A DNA stretch of 64,000 nucleotides from Minisyncoccota bacterium (GCA_035549255.1 DASZRD010000004.1:8667-72666); one strand, 5' to 3'; shown: positions 20,326-31,787, counted from the stretch's first letter. Numbers and translations: made by a program. Notes: a model not told the origin generated them from the letters alone.

Positions 20326-22686
20326 TTACTCGTTGATCGGGGCGGTCGTGCGGTCTTGAGGAGGCGTCGTTGCGGGCGGCGTCGCGGCGTCAAACGGCGC
20401 CTTGCCCGCCTGCAAGTTGCTCAGGATAAGCCGCGCTTCGGAGGAATCAGGGTTGGTCTTTACGATCGCCTGGAACTCGGCGATCGCGTCGTCCGTCCTC
20501 TTCTGCGCATAGTACGAGAGGCCGAGGAAGTATTGCGCGTTGGCGTAGTCCGGCTGGAGCGCTACCGCCTGCTCGAGCGCGGTTATCGCGTCCTTGCTGT
20601 CGTTGGCGGAGTAGTAGAGAAGCCCGAGCTCGAACCAGATCGGCGCTACGCCGGGCGCCGACTGCACGGCGGCCTGCGCGGCCTGGATCGCGTTCTGAAG
20701 GTCGTTGTTAGCGACGTTGAGCTGCACGAGGAAGAGGATCGCATCGGTGTAATTGGGCTTGAGGGTGAGCGACTGCGAGAGATATTTCTGCACCTCAGTC
20801 ACGTTATTCTGCCCCGCATCGAGCCGCGCGATGAAGAGCGGGATCTGCGGGTTGCTCGGCGCGAGCGCCGCGGCCTGCACGTACGCCTCTTTTGCCTTGT
20901 CGTACGCGCCCTGCACCTTGAGGCTCGCGAAGAGGTCATACACCTGCCCCAAGAGGAAGTACGAGCGGTAATCATGCGGGTCTTTGGCGACGAGCTGCTG
21001 GCCCACGCCGACGATCTGCTGCGCAAGCGTCGTGAACTGGGTCTGCGCGTCGGCCGTGGGAGAAGATTGCGCTATCTGCTGGAGCTTATTGCTGCCTGCC
21101 AGCACCATGAGGCGCAAAGAGTCGGGGTTTGAATTCTCGACCGAGGCGGCATGCGTGGCCTTGGTCATAGCGGCGTCGAAGTCGCCGCTCTGAAGCGCAT
21201 CGCTGCCCTGGCCGACCGCCGCTTCGGCAATATAATGCCGGTTCGACGCGAAGCCGACCCAGAGCGCGACCAGGAGTATGACCGGCATGCCGCCGATCAT
21301 CATCACGCGCGCAAGCAACGGCCGCGTGTCGTCCTCGCCCTGGGTGGAGCGGCCCTGCCTCCAGAGGAAGCCGAACGTAGCTCCCGCGAGCACAATACCA
21401 AGCAGGAGCATATTCTGGCTCGGCACGTAGAAGATAAGCGAAGCGAAGAAGTAGAGGCTCGACAAGCCTAGCGTCGCCGCAATAACGCGCTCTTCGCGGG
21501 AGAGAACGCCCAAGCGCACCGCGCGCACAAGGCTCATGATGACCAGCACCATCGGCACAAGCCAGGCGATGATACCCAAGAGGCCGACGGTCCCGAGCGC
21601 CGTCATGATCGAGGAGAAGCCGACCGAAAAGTCGAGGCTCCAGAACGCCGATTGGTTGACCGCGGCAGGCTTATGTGCGAGCCAGGAATCTACGAACGTG
21701 TTGGGGCCAGTGCCGACAACCATGCGCTCAACCGAGCCGCCGCGCGCCGCGTTGATGACGTCGACCGTCGAGGAATACGAAGGACGGACCTCAAGCGAGG
21801 TAACCGGGATGCTGCTGGTGATGGAGGCGTTGAAGTTCGAGCCGAAGAGGAGGAACACGATCGCGACAAGGACCGTGCCGACCGCCCACCACGGCGTGCG
21901 TTCGAGCAACGTGCGTGAAGCGGGAGCCATGCCCGCCATCTCGGATTCGGGGATGCGTTGGGTCAGGAATTTTATGATCGCAACGGCGATCGCAGCCGCG
22001 AGTATGAAGCCCCAGACGAGCGAGAAGTTGATGATCGCCAGAAGCGCGATAATGACAATGCCGAGCGCTACCGTAAGCCCGCGCCAGATGATGGTCTGCG
22101 CGGCGCCAAGCTCGAGGCGCGCCAAGATCATTACGCCCAGCAGCCCCGCCAGGAGGCCGAGGTCATTCCACTTGCCGATAAGGTTGACCGAGCGATCGGA
22201 GAATATCGAGAAGGGCACCAACGTCGTGCCGAAGAGGACGACAATCCACTGAAACAGGACTGCAACCATGAGGGTTATCGAGATCACGCGCAAGAGGATC
22301 CCCGCCGTGCGCAAGGTGCGGAAGAGCGCGAAGGACGCGAGGAAGGTGAGAAATACGAGGACGCTTACCAGCACCGTGTCGGATTCGAGGCCCGCGCCGA
22401 TATACCCGAGCACGGGATCGACCGAGAAGAACGCGGATATAAGGTATGCGACCGGAAGCGCAAGCATGAGGAGCGCAAGGTTGAGGCCGTGCGCGCGCAC
22501 GAGGTCGCGGCCTCCCCCGCCCAAGGCATAGAGAAAGAGCGCCACGAAGAGGAGCGCGGCGAAAACCGCCACCTTCCCCACCTGGAGCGGGAACCAGACG
22601 GTCGGAATAATGAGCAAGAGAGCGAGCACAAGAGCGGCCAGGAATACATACCGTGACCAGCTCACGAGTTTTGAGTGCATATACAA
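20326..22686 (-). CDS. O-antigen ligase (Wzy_C)-like polytopic membrane protein fused to C-terminal TPR repeats
   Basis: ~12 N-terminal TM helices, then repeated TPR-like 34-aa units (AIAEFQAIVKTNPDSSEARLILSNL etc.). Confidence 0.5.
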   Translation of the reverse strand: MYMHSKLVSWSRYVFLAALVLALLLIIPTVWFPLQVGKVAVFAALLFVALFLYALGGGGRDLVRAHGLNLALLMLALPVAYLISAFFSVDPVLGYIGAGLESDTVLVSVLVFLTFLASFALFRTLRTAGILLRVISITLMVAVLFQWIVVLFGTTLVPFSIFSDRSVNLIGKWNDLGLLAGLLGVMILARLELGAAQTIIWRGLTVALGIVIIALLAIINFSLVWGFILAAAIAVAIIKFLTQRIPESEMAGMAPASRTLLERTPWWAVGTVLVAIVFLLFGSNFNASITSSIPVTSLEVRPSYSSTVDVINAARGGSVERMVVGTGPNTFVDSWLAHKPAAVNQSAFWSLDFSVGFSSIMTALGTVGLLGIIAWLVPMVLVIMSLVRAVRLGVLSREERVIAATLGLSSLYFFASLIFYVPSQNMLLLGIVLAGATFGFLWRQGRSTQGEDDTRPLLARVMMIGGMPVILLVALWVGFASNRHYIAEAAVGQGSDALQSGDFDAAMTKATHAASVENSNPDSLRLMVLAGSNKLQQIAQSSPTADAQTQFTTLAQQIVGVGQQLVAKDPHDYRSYFLLGQVYDLFASLKVQGAYDKAKEAYVQAAALAPSNPQIPLFIARLDAGQNNVTEVQKYLSQSLTLKPNYTDAILFLVQLNVANNDLQNAIQAAQAAVQSAPGVAPIWFELGLLYYSANDSKDAITALEQAVALQPDYANAQYFLGLSYYAQKRTDDAIAEFQAIVKTNPDSSEARLILSNLQAGKAPFDAATPPATTPPQDRTTAPINE

Positions 22687-22801
22687 TAATGCTTACGGGA
22701 GGAACAATACCTCCCTACTATTAATACGGCCTTTTTCAGTATACCCCTCTCCGAGGCTTACAAGGCGAGATACTCACAGGCATCGAAATGTGGTATACTA
22801 T

Positions 22802-23095
22802 GAGAAGCGCATCAGAAAGCAGCCTCGGCTTCATCGGCCGGGGAGGAAAGTCCGAACACTCGCCAGAAGAGCGATCTTTTGGAACGGTAGCAGGTAACGC
22901 CTGCCATCTGCTCCAAGCGGGCAGGAGGGGTGCGAACAGTGACGAACCGGTTAAGTCCGGGTGAAACGGCTAAATCCCTATCGGAGTGCAAGGCCGTGTC
23001 CTGAGAGAAATCGAAGGAAGTGCCGCTTGATCCTGAGGGCGACCGAAGGACCAGATAAATTGCTTTCCGCGACAGAATTCGGCTTATCGATGCGC
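22802..23095 (+). ncRNA. rnpB: RNase P RNA (bacterial type A)
   Basis: Conserved blocks GGAAAGTCCGaaCaC, GGTAACGCCTGCC, GGGTGAAACGGC and ACAGAAtTCGGCTTAtCG. P1 pairs gaagcgcatc with gatgcgc. An extended -10 (TGgTATACT, 22791..22799) lies upstream. Confidence 0.8.
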
Positions 23096-23108
23096 GCGCT
23101 CGGTGTAG

Positions 23109-23130
23109 ATCCCGCCTTACAAGGCGGGAT
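23109..23130 (+). terminator. Hairpin atcccgcc-ttacaa-ggcgggat immediately 3' of rnpB
   Basis: Perfect 8-bp stem followed by tt. Confidence 0.5.
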
Positions 23131-23161
23131 TTGCGCGTCTGTCTAGGCGCCGAGACGAGTC

Positions 23162-23635
23162 CTATATAATGTGCACCTCTGCCATGCTTCCCTCCTCGAT
23201 GGTGTGCGCGGCGGCAAATCCCGCGGGGACTTCGAGCGCGTAGCGAATGGGTCCGCTTGGATAGAATGCTTGCGGGTACGTATCGGGCGCGAGATCGCGA
23301 TCGATCGTAATCACTTTGCCACTACTCGTTATAAAAATAATATCAAGCGAGAAGTTCATTCCTTTCATCCAGAAGCCCGGTTGCGAGCCGTCGGGAAATA
23401 CGAAGAGCATCCCGCTTCCCTCCGCCAGGCTTGTGCGGCCGGAGAGGCCCTGTTCCTGCTCGGCTGACGTCGAGGCGATTTCTACGCTTACGGTCGTGGT
23501 GCCAAAGGCGACGTATGATTCTGCACGCCCGGTTGATTGCATAGGGTGACTATAGTAAATGTACGCGCCGAGCGCGAGCGCCAAGCATACAAGCGCGGCC
23601 AGGACATACGGGATGTAAGAACGGCTACTGAGCAT
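23162..23635 (-). CDS. DUF192 (COG1430) family protein, membrane-anchored
   Basis: Motifs GLSGR...GMLFVFPD...FWMKGMNFSLDIIFI...YALEVPAGF. Start taken at MLSSRS to avoid overlap with the upstream gene. Confidence 0.6.
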   Translation of the reverse strand: MLSSRSYIPYVLAALVCLALALGAYIYYSHPMQSTGRAESYVAFGTTTVSVEIASTSAEQEQGLSGRTSLAEGSGMLFVFPDGSQPGFWMKGMNFSLDIIFITSSGKVITIDRDLAPDTYPQAFYPSGPIRYALEVPAGFAAAHTIEEGSMAEVHII

Positions 23636-24890
23636 TGAGTGCGGCCCGGGTCGCGGGTCCCACATATCCTACCGCATCTATGCCATGCGCGGACTGGAAC
23701 GCCTCGACCGCAGCCTGCGTCGCCGATCCGAAGTACCCGGTCGCCACGGCGCTGAAGTAGCCGAGCGCGGCGAGCTTCTCCTGCAGCGCAGTCACCTCGT
23801 CGCCTGTTGAGCCTACATCAAGGAAGCTTACGAATGTCGCGTTCGCTGAAGATGAGGGAGAAGACTCCGCGCTGTTGAGTGCTGCGCGTGTCGAGGGGCC
23901 GACGACCCCAAGCTGCTCGATGCCATGCGCCGCCTGGAAGGCCTCGACCGCCGCAGTGGTCGCCGGGCCGTAGTAGCCGTTGGGAGTCGCCGTGAGATAG
24001 CCCTCTTTTGCAAGCAGATTCTGCAGCGCCAGCACCTCGTCGCTGCTGTCGCCGGGCGAGAGATAGGAGGTAAATGTATAGGAGTTCGCCACAGTCGCAT
24101 CAGTCGGCGCAGCGGTCGAGGTCTGCAAGCCGCCGAGCTCGGCCGCGACTTGGTTGACCACCGACTGGTCGGCGCCGAAGGACTGCAGGAGCGAGACGAT
24201 CGACTGAATCTTGTTCTGCGCGAGGCCGCTGCCCGTGGTCGTTGTCACGGCAGCTGCCGCCCCAGGAGTGACCGCTACCACAATATTGGTATTGGCGCTG
24301 TGGCCATACGAATCGGTCGCGTAAAAGGTGATGGTGTGATTGCCGACCTGCGTCGAATCAGGAATCCACGAGAACGTGCCGGAGGAATTGATGTCGGCGT
24401 TGGATATCGTGCTGCCGCTGAAGGAGTCGCTGATCGTATAGACCGGGCTGGAAAACCCGCTCGCTACCGCACTGAAGGTGAGTGTTTGCCCGGTGCCGAG
24501 GGATGAACTCGGCGAGAGCGATTGTATGGAGAGCGAGACGGGCTGGCTTACCGTGATCTGCTCGACCGTAGTCGCGGTATTGCCGGAAGAGTCGCTGACC
24601 GTGACCGTGATGTTATGCGTGCCGATCTCGGCGGTGGTCGGCGTCCAGGAAAAGTTGCCGGAAGAGTTGATATTTGCGCTTGAGTCCGTAGCGCCGCTGA
24701 AAGAGTCGGTAAGGCTGTACGTGGGGCCGGAGAAGCCGGACGCGTTAACGGTAAAGGAGACATTCGTGCCGGCCGAGATATTGGTGCTCGGCGAGAGCGA
24801 GCCGACCGAGAGCGATACGCTCGCGTACGCGGGCGGCGCAAAGAGGAGAACCGCACCTAGCGCTACTGCTGCTCGTATCTTGGCGGACAT
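23625..24890 (-). CDS. Secreted protein with Ig-like repeats and two peptidoglycan-binding (PG_binding_1) domains
   Basis: Signal peptide MSAKIRAAVALGAVLLFAPPAYA. Two Ig-like repeats. Two copies of the D(E)V.ALQ..LA..GY....ATGY(Y)G.AT..AVEAFQ.AHGI motif. Confidence 0.6.
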   Translation of the reverse strand: MSAKIRAAVALGAVLLFAPPAYASVSLSVGSLSPSTNISAGTNVSFTVNASGFSGPTYSLTDSFSGATDSSANINSSGNFSWTPTTAEIGTHNITVTVSDSSGNTATTVEQITVSQPVSLSIQSLSPSSSLGTGQTLTFSAVASGFSSPVYTISDSFSGSTISNADINSSGTFSWIPDSTQVGNHTITFYATDSYGHSANTNIVVAVTPGAAAAVTTTTGSGLAQNKIQSIVSLLQSFGADQSVVNQVAAELGGLQTSTAAPTDATVANSYTFTSYLSPGDSSDEVLALQNLLAKEGYLTATPNGYYGPATTAAVEAFQAAHGIEQLGVVGPSTRAALNSAESSPSSSANATFVSFLDVGSTGDEVTALQEKLAALGYFSAVATGYFGSATQAAVEAFQSAHGIDAVGYVGPATRAALNAQ

Positions 24891-25004
24891 AGCGTATATA
24901 AATAGAAAGGAATAATGCGCGAGGCCTCGGGAAGCCTTCTGCCTATATATACGCACGCGCCGCAGAAACGGTGCAGCCCGCAAAACGCTTGCTGCCGAAC
25001 GGAC

Positions 25005-25343
25005 CTACGCCCGCTCGGCTATAACTGCCGTACCGTAGGCCAGGACTTCGGTGACGCCGCCGGCGATCTCCGTCGCGTCGTAGCGGAAGCCAACGATCGC
25101 GTTGGCACCCATTTGCTCGGCATGCTCGACCATGAGGTCGTAGGCGTGGGTACGGGCCTGCTCGCACAGCGCCGTATAGAGCGTGATGTTGCCGCCGAAG
25201 AGCGTCTGAATCCCCGCGCCGATGTTGCCCACCAAAGAGCGCGAGCGCACGATAATGCCCCGAGTAATGCCCAAATCCCTGCTTATCTTATAACCATCAA
25301 GAACGAAAGCGGTCGTAACCATCGATGTATCAATAGTCGCCAT
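25005..25343 (-). CDS. YbjQ/UPF0145 family protein
   Basis: 112-aa ORF with [32 protein letters not shown]...[28 protein letters not shown]. Confidence 0.7.
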   Translation of the reverse strand: MATIDTSMVTTAFVLDGYKISRDLGITRGIIVRSRSLVGNIGAGIQTLFGGNITLYTALCEQARTHAYDLMVEHAEQMGANAIVGFRYDATEIAGGVTEVLAYGTAVIAERA

Positions 25344-25375
25344 AGCGCTAGTATAGCATTTTGGCTTAACAGAAC

Positions 25376-25873
25376 TTAGATCCGATACCTATACGACCGC
25401 TCGTTGTACTCGTCCGTCGGATACGCGCCGATGCCGTCTTCATGCCACAAGAGAAATTCCGCGATGCCCGCGTCGAGCGCGAGCCTGCTGCATACCGTAC
25501 AATACGGCTCTCCTGATTTTTTTATATTCCCGTCCGTATCGATCCGGACAAAGTAGAGCTGCGATCCTTGCAGTTTCTCCGGATTTCCCTTCATCGCGTC
25601 AAGAATGGCTCGCCACTCGGCGTGCATGCAACAGGTATGATCGTACTTCGGCTTGCCAGAAAAGTCGTACTCTTCAAGGCACCTTCTGCTAGCGATATCG
25701 TCGAGCGGCGGCGCGTTATAGCCGACGCCGATAATCAGCCCATCCTTCACGATCACCGTGCCGCACTTCGCCCTGAGACACAAGGCCTTCTGTGCTGCCG
25801 CAGCCGCCTCGTTCATCCACGCAATCGCCACCCGTTCCTCTGCACCGCGGAGATAGTTCATACCTACAAGCAT
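25376..25873 (-). CDS. dCMP/cytidine deaminase family protein (ComEB-like)
   Basis: Zinc-binding CMHAEWRAI (HAE) and PCTVCS (PCxxC) motifs. Start at MLVGMNYL, so it does not overlap tRNA-Ser. Confidence 0.7.
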   Translation of the reverse strand: MLVGMNYLRGAEERVAIAWMNEAAAAAQKALCLRAKCGTVIVKDGLIIGVGYNAPPLDDIASRRCLEEYDFSGKPKYDHTCCMHAEWRAILDAMKGNPEKLQGSQLYFVRIDTDGNIKKSGEPYCTVCSRLALDAGIAEFLLWHEDGIGAYPTDEYNERSYRYRI

Positions 25874-25888
25874 AGTCCGACCGACGAG

Positions 25889-25973
25889 CGGAGGGTGAGA
25901 GATTCGAACTCTCGGTGCCTTGCGGCACACACGCTTTCCAAGCGTGCGCACTAGACCACTATGCGAACCCTCC
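25889..25973 (-). tRNA. tRNA-Ser (anticodon GGA), type II with long variable arm
   Basis: Reverse complement ggagggttcgcatagtggtctagtgcgcacgcttGGAaagcgtgtgtgccgcaaggcaccgagagttcgaatctctcaccctccg. Confidence 0.8.
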
Positions 25974-26004
25974 AGTGCAATTACCTTATCAAATTAAGAC
26001 AGTT

Positions 26005-26904
26005 TTATCTATCATCTCCAACAAGCGCCCTGATACGGTCCTCGATCGGCGGATGGGTTTGGAAGAGCTTCGCGATGGCGCTCGTCGCCGCATGCGCACC
26101 GAAGGGGTTGGTGATGTAGAGGTGCGCGGTCGCGGTACTCGCGGTCCTCATCGGTGCCTCGTAGGCACCGAGCTTGCGCAAAGCATTCGCGAGGCCTTCG
26201 GGGTAGCGTGTGAGTAAGGCGCCCGACGCATCGGCCAAATACTCGCGCTTGCGCGAGATTGCAAGCTGCAAGAGCGTGGCAAGCAGAGGCGCAAGTATAA
26301 TCAGCGCGATCGCGAAGACCATAAGGATCGGATTGTTCCTATTGTCGCGGTCGCGGCCTCCCCCGCCGAAGATGCTCATGCGCAGGAAGAAGTTCGACGC
26401 GAGCGTCGCGAAGCCGACCAAGACCACGGCGACGGTCGAGACCAGCATGTCGCGGTTGCCGATGTGGCTTAGCTCATGAGCGATGACGCCCTCCAATTCA
26501 GTGTGGTTCATCATGGTGAGGAGTCCTGTCGTCGCTGCCACTGCCGCATGCTTGGCATTGCGCCCAGTCGAGAAGGCATTGGGCGCCGGGTCGTCGATCA
26601 CATACACTTTTGGCTTCGGGAGCCCCGCGGTAATCGAGAGATTCTCGACGATACGGTTGAGGTCGGGATATTCTTCCTCGCTTGCGGGCTTTGCCTTTTC
26701 CATTGCTATAACGACTTTGTCGGAGAACCAGTAGCTCCAGATGTTGGTGAGTATCGCGAAGACGACGGCGGCAACCACGATCGCGGAATTGTTGAAATAG
26801 ACTGAGAGCGCCCAGCCAATCGCCATCACGATGCACAAAAAGACGAGCATGAGCACCCATGTCTTGGCGATGTTTTCCTCGCGGTGGGTATAGAGCGTTG
26901 CCAT
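26005..26904 (-). CDS. htpX: Zinc metalloprotease HtpX (M48)
   Basis: HELSHIGNRD zinc motif and N-terminal TM helices. Confidence 0.85.
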   Translation of the reverse strand: MATLYTHREENIAKTWVLMLVFLCIVMAIGWALSVYFNNSAIVVAAVVFAILTNIWSYWFSDKVVIAMEKAKPASEEEYPDLNRIVENLSITAGLPKPKVYVIDDPAPNAFSTGRNAKHAAVAATTGLLTMMNHTELEGVIAHELSHIGNRDMLVSTVAVVLVGFATLASNFFLRMSIFGGGGRDRDNRNNPILMVFAIALIILAPLLATLLQLAISRKREYLADASGALLTRYPEGLANALRKLGAYEAPMRTASTATAHLYITNPFGAHAATSAIAKLFQTHPPIEDRIRALVGDDR

Positions 26905-26959
26905 AAGATAACACTATAGCAAAAGCGGATTATAGAAAAGCGAAGGGGTAGCCTCGCGG

Positions 26960-27304
26960 CTACCCCACTGTCTCGAGAAAGATGCACTTGTCGAAGGCTC
27001 CGGCGAGCGAGTTCTTCGCGGCACGCGCCCCCATGAGCTCGGTATCGCCTATCCCCTCCGCCCGGCGGAGGGCGTCGAGGACCTCCGCAAGATCTGCCAT
27101 TTCGGTAAGGATGTCCTCACGGGTCGTGGCGCTTACGAGCTCGTTGTATTCTTCAAGAAGTTTGCGCCGAAGCTCCGCTTTGAACTCCTTCGGCGAAAGG
27201 ACGCGCACGCGCGGCTTTACTCCCCGCACCGCTTCAAGAGGCGTCCTGTTCCTCAGAATCTTATCGGGGATCTTGTCCCGCACTAATTTGTTGTAGACCT
27301 GCAC
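26960..27304 (-). CDS. Small all-alpha nucleotide pyrophosphohydrolase-like (MazG superfamily) protein, tentative
   Basis: 114-aa ORF starting MQVYNKLVRDKIPDKI, resembling the house-cleaning NTP-PPase family. Confidence 0.4.
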   Translation of the reverse strand: MQVYNKLVRDKIPDKILRNRTPLEAVRGVKPRVRVLSPKEFKAELRRKLLEEYNELVSATTREDILTEMADLAEVLDALRRAEGIGDTELMGARAAKNSLAGAFDKCIFLETVG

Positions 27305-27369
27305 GGCTTCCTCCTCTGATTACAGGCTGCACTCTACCCTACCATAACTCGCTCTGCGAGCAAGAAGTT

Positions 27370-27945
27370 TTAAAATTGCACCTTGACCGGCTCGCGGACT
27401 GCCGCATCTGCGTCGTCAAGCGCGAAGTACTCCATAGGAGAGAAGTGGAACATGCCGGCGATGATGTTGCCCGGGAAGCGCTGCATGGCGGTCGTGAGGT
27501 CGCGGACGTTGCCGTTGTAGAAGCGGCGCGCGGCTTGGATCTTGTCCTCGGTGTCGGTGAGCTGCGACTGGAGCGCCAAGAAATTCTGGTTGGCTTTGAG
27601 GTCGGGGTACGCCTCGGCAACGGCGAAAAGGGATTTCAGCGCGCCACTGAGCATATTTTCTGCCTGACCCTTCTCTTCCGGGCCTTGCGCGCTTATCGCC
27701 GCCGCGCGCGCTTTGGTAACATTTTCAAAAGCCTGGCTCTCGTGCGTCGCGTAGCCCTTAACTGTTTCAACAAGATTGGGGATGAGGTCATAGCGGCGCT
27801 TGAGTTGTACATCAATATCTGCCCACGCTTCCTTGGAGCGCTGCATAAGGGTAACAAAGCGGTTGTAGGCGAAGACGACCCACAGCACGAGCACCACAAC
27901 GACTGCTAAAATAATATACAGGATTGTCATATAGCGATTATACAA
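27370..27945 (-). CDS. lemA: LemA family protein
   Basis: N-terminal TM and conserved FYNGNVRDLTTAMQRFPGNIIAGMFHF region. Confidence 0.8.
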   Translation of the reverse strand: MYNRYMTILYIILAVVVVLVLWVVFAYNRFVTLMQRSKEAWADIDVQLKRRYDLIPNLVETVKGYATHESQAFENVTKARAAAISAQGPEEKGQAENMLSGALKSLFAVAEAYPDLKANQNFLALQSQLTDTEDKIQAARRFYNGNVRDLTTAMQRFPGNIIAGMFHFSPMEYFALDDADAAVREPVKVQF

Positions 27946-28018
27946 CTTTTATACAGATTGCAAGGGGTTTCGAGGCAGTGTAAGGTAAGTTTAGACACCG
28001 TCCACAAGGAGCTACGTC

Positions 28019-28342
28019 ATGTCTACGATCGAGAAAGAAGCCCGCGACAATGCGCTTGGGCCAGGCACGCTGAGATTTATCGACATGCTCACGAGCGATG
28101 TCGGCAAGCAGTTCCCATCGGTCTATTCAGACTCGGGAGATGCAGAGGGCAAAGGAAGGTTTATGCTCGGCAACTCGAGCACCACGCCGCCTATTACTCC
28201 GCTTGATAGCCTGCGCACGCTGCTCAAGGCCCTCACGAATGCGCCTGCCGCCGACCGTGCCGAGCTCGACCGAAAATTCGGAGCGCTGGCAGACAGCTTT
28301 GAGAGGAATATCCCCTTCTTCAAATCTCTCTCAGCCGCGTAA
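28019..28342 (+). CDS. Hypothetical protein (107 aa)
   Basis: AAGGAG RBS 7 nt upstream. Native-like GC. Followed by terminator repeat copy 1. Confidence 0.5.
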   Translation: MSTIEKEARDNALGPGTLRFIDMLTSDVGKQFPSVYSDSGDAEGKGRFMLGNSSTTPPITPLDSLRTLLKALTNAPAADRAELDRKFGALADSFERNIPFFKSLSAA

Positions 28343-28360
28343 AAGAATGGTTGTGCAATA

Positions 28361-28398
28361 AAAACCGCCCCGGAGATTTTCTCCGGGGCGATTGTTTT
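28361..28398. repeat. 38-bp repeat copy 1 containing a perfect terminator hairpin (aaaaccgccccggagattttctccggggcgattgtttt)
   Basis: Identical to 28921..28958. Confidence 0.75.
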
Positions 28399-28492
28399 AC
28401 TTTATAAAAATAAAAAGTTGTGGTATTTTCGCATTGGCTGTTCCCTAGCGAACAGCGTCACTAGGGGCTCCTAGAGCCTAAAGGAGGACGTT

Positions 28493-28912
28493 GTGAAAAT
28501 CAGTATCGACACTTGCTACTCGGAAGGGCAGTATCGTGACACGGGTGTTGAAGTGCCGGCACACGCTCTGTTGGGAGCGAGTACGTTAGCTGTCGCTATC
28601 GTCTCGGAGTTACGGGAAAATGACGTTGCAAAGTATGTCGAGGTCATCCGATTTCGATCAACCCACCGCACGCCGGATTGCGTCGTCTGCAAAGTTCATG
28701 GCGAACTAAATATTCTGGGGGTAAAGAAAACTTTGAGCCATGTCCTGACGATTGATCTTCCTGATCCGCCCAAGAAGTACAACACCACGATACTGCAGGA
28801 TGACGTGGCACGATTCATGGTTGGCATTCGATATGATCTTAGCTATACAGCCAGGGTCAATCGACAGGTCCTGGCCAACTTGGATAAGTTCTTAACGCCA
28901 TCTTCTGGTTAA
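28493..28912 (+). CDS. Hypothetical protein (139 aa), GTG start, within a low-GC islet
   Basis: Strong RBS aaggagga 5 nt upstream of the GTG. Noticeably lower GC than surrounding genes. No recognisable motifs. Confidence 0.5.
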   Translation: MKISIDTCYSEGQYRDTGVEVPAHALLGASTLAVAIVSELRENDVAKYVEVIRFRSTHRTPDCVVCKVHGELNILGVKKTLSHVLTIDLPDPPKKYNTTILQDDVARFMVGIRYDLSYTARVNRQVLANLDKFLTPSSG

Positions 28913-28920
28913 CCACTACG

Positions 28921-28958
28921 AAAACCGCCCCGGAGATTTTCTCCGGGGCGATTGTTTT
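28921..28958. repeat. 38-bp repeat copy 2 (identical terminator hairpin)
   Basis: Perfect direct repeat of 28361..28398. It serves as a convergent terminator for 28493..28912 (+) and 28958..29323 (-). Confidence 0.75.
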
Positions 28959-29323
28959 CATTTTTTTGTAGATCCAGGCTTATCCTTTCCGTCTTGTTTA
29001 GATTCCCCGTCACTCTTTGGTCCTTGCAAATCATTCTGGAAAGGACTGGGGATTCTTAGATCGAGCATAGCCGGTATCTCACCATTCTGTCTCTCATATT
29101 CGGAGATTTGGAAAGAGAGTAATTGAGACAATCTTTTGGTGTGATGAGGTGTCAACACATAACTTTCCGACATTTCTCCCTTATAAACGGTAAGTACGAA
29201 ATGACCTTCTCCAAATAATACTCTTACATTTTCGGAGAAAGATTTAGGTGTCTTTGCAATTCGTTGGATTTCTTGCTCATTCTGAATCTCTTGTTCCGTC
29301 TTTGCTTGTTCTTCTGGTGTCAT
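28958..29323 (-). CDS. Hypothetical protein (~122 aa from ATG; listed start 29341 is TTG), low-GC
   Basis: AT-rich ORF MTPEEQAKTEQEIQNEQEIQRIAK... with no recognisable motifs. Confidence 0.4.
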   Translation of the reverse strand: MTPEEQAKTEQEIQNEQEIQRIAKTPKSFSENVRVLFGEGHFVLTVYKGEMSESYVLTPHHTKRLSQLLSFQISEYERQNGEIPAMLDLRIPSPFQNDLQGPKSDGESKQDGKDKPGSTKK

Positions 29324-29342
29324 AAATTTTATGATATGCAAA

Positions 29343-29365
29343 ACCCCGCTCGCGCGGGGTTCTTT
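29343..29365 (-). terminator. groEL terminator hairpin (aaccccgc-gcga-gcggggtt)
   Basis: Perfect stem directly 3' of the groEL stop on the minus strand. Confidence 0.6.
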
Positions 29366-31436
<2,071 letters not shown>

Positions 31437-31533
31437 CGCCAAAAAATGTACTATACATATTTACTCCTTGTCAAAACCGACGGCGCTCGGAGCAGATTGC
31501 GCGGGATCGCAAAGCGTGGTACGCTCATGAGCA

Positions 31534-31764
31534 ATGACCGCAGCGGGGATTATCCCTTATATACAGATCGTAGTCTCGGTAGCGCTTATTATCTGCGTGC
31601 TTCTGCAGCAGACCGGCGCATCCATGGGCGGCGCATTCGGCGGCGACAATTTCAGCGCCTCCTACCACACGCGCCGCGGCCTCGAGAAAACGCTCTTCTA
31701 CGCCACGATTATCCTTGGCACCGTTCTCGCTTTGTCGTCATTCGCAACGCTCGTGGTACACTAA
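31534..31764 (+). CDS. secG: Preprotein translocase subunit SecG
   Basis: 76 aa, two TM helices, LLQQTGASMGGAFGG motif. Confidence 0.7.
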   Translation: MTAAGIIPYIQIVVSVALIICVLLQQTGASMGGAFGGDNFSASYHTRRGLEKTLFYATIILGTVLALSSFATLVVH

Positions 31765-31787
31765 ATCCACGCTTCTCTAAATTCTTT

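Noticed and set aside
20356-22656. Plus-strand ORFs (20356..21132, 21536..22252, 21958..22656) opposite the Wzy_C-TPR gene
   Set aside because: Highly charged Arg/Glu-rich repetitive translations. Antisense artefacts.
22698-22716. Hairpin gggagg-aacaata-cctccc near the start of the Wzy_C-TPR gene
   Set aside because: Located upstream of a minus-strand start with no plus-strand gene to terminate. Possibly a 5'-leader structure, but not called.
28361-28958. Possibility that the 38-bp direct repeats are CRISPR repeats or integron attC sites
   Set aside because: Only two copies, with a 522-bp spacer containing a gene, so not CRISPR. They lack the GTTRRRY/RYYYAAC ends and imperfect-palindrome structure of attC. 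They are perfect rho-independent terminators.
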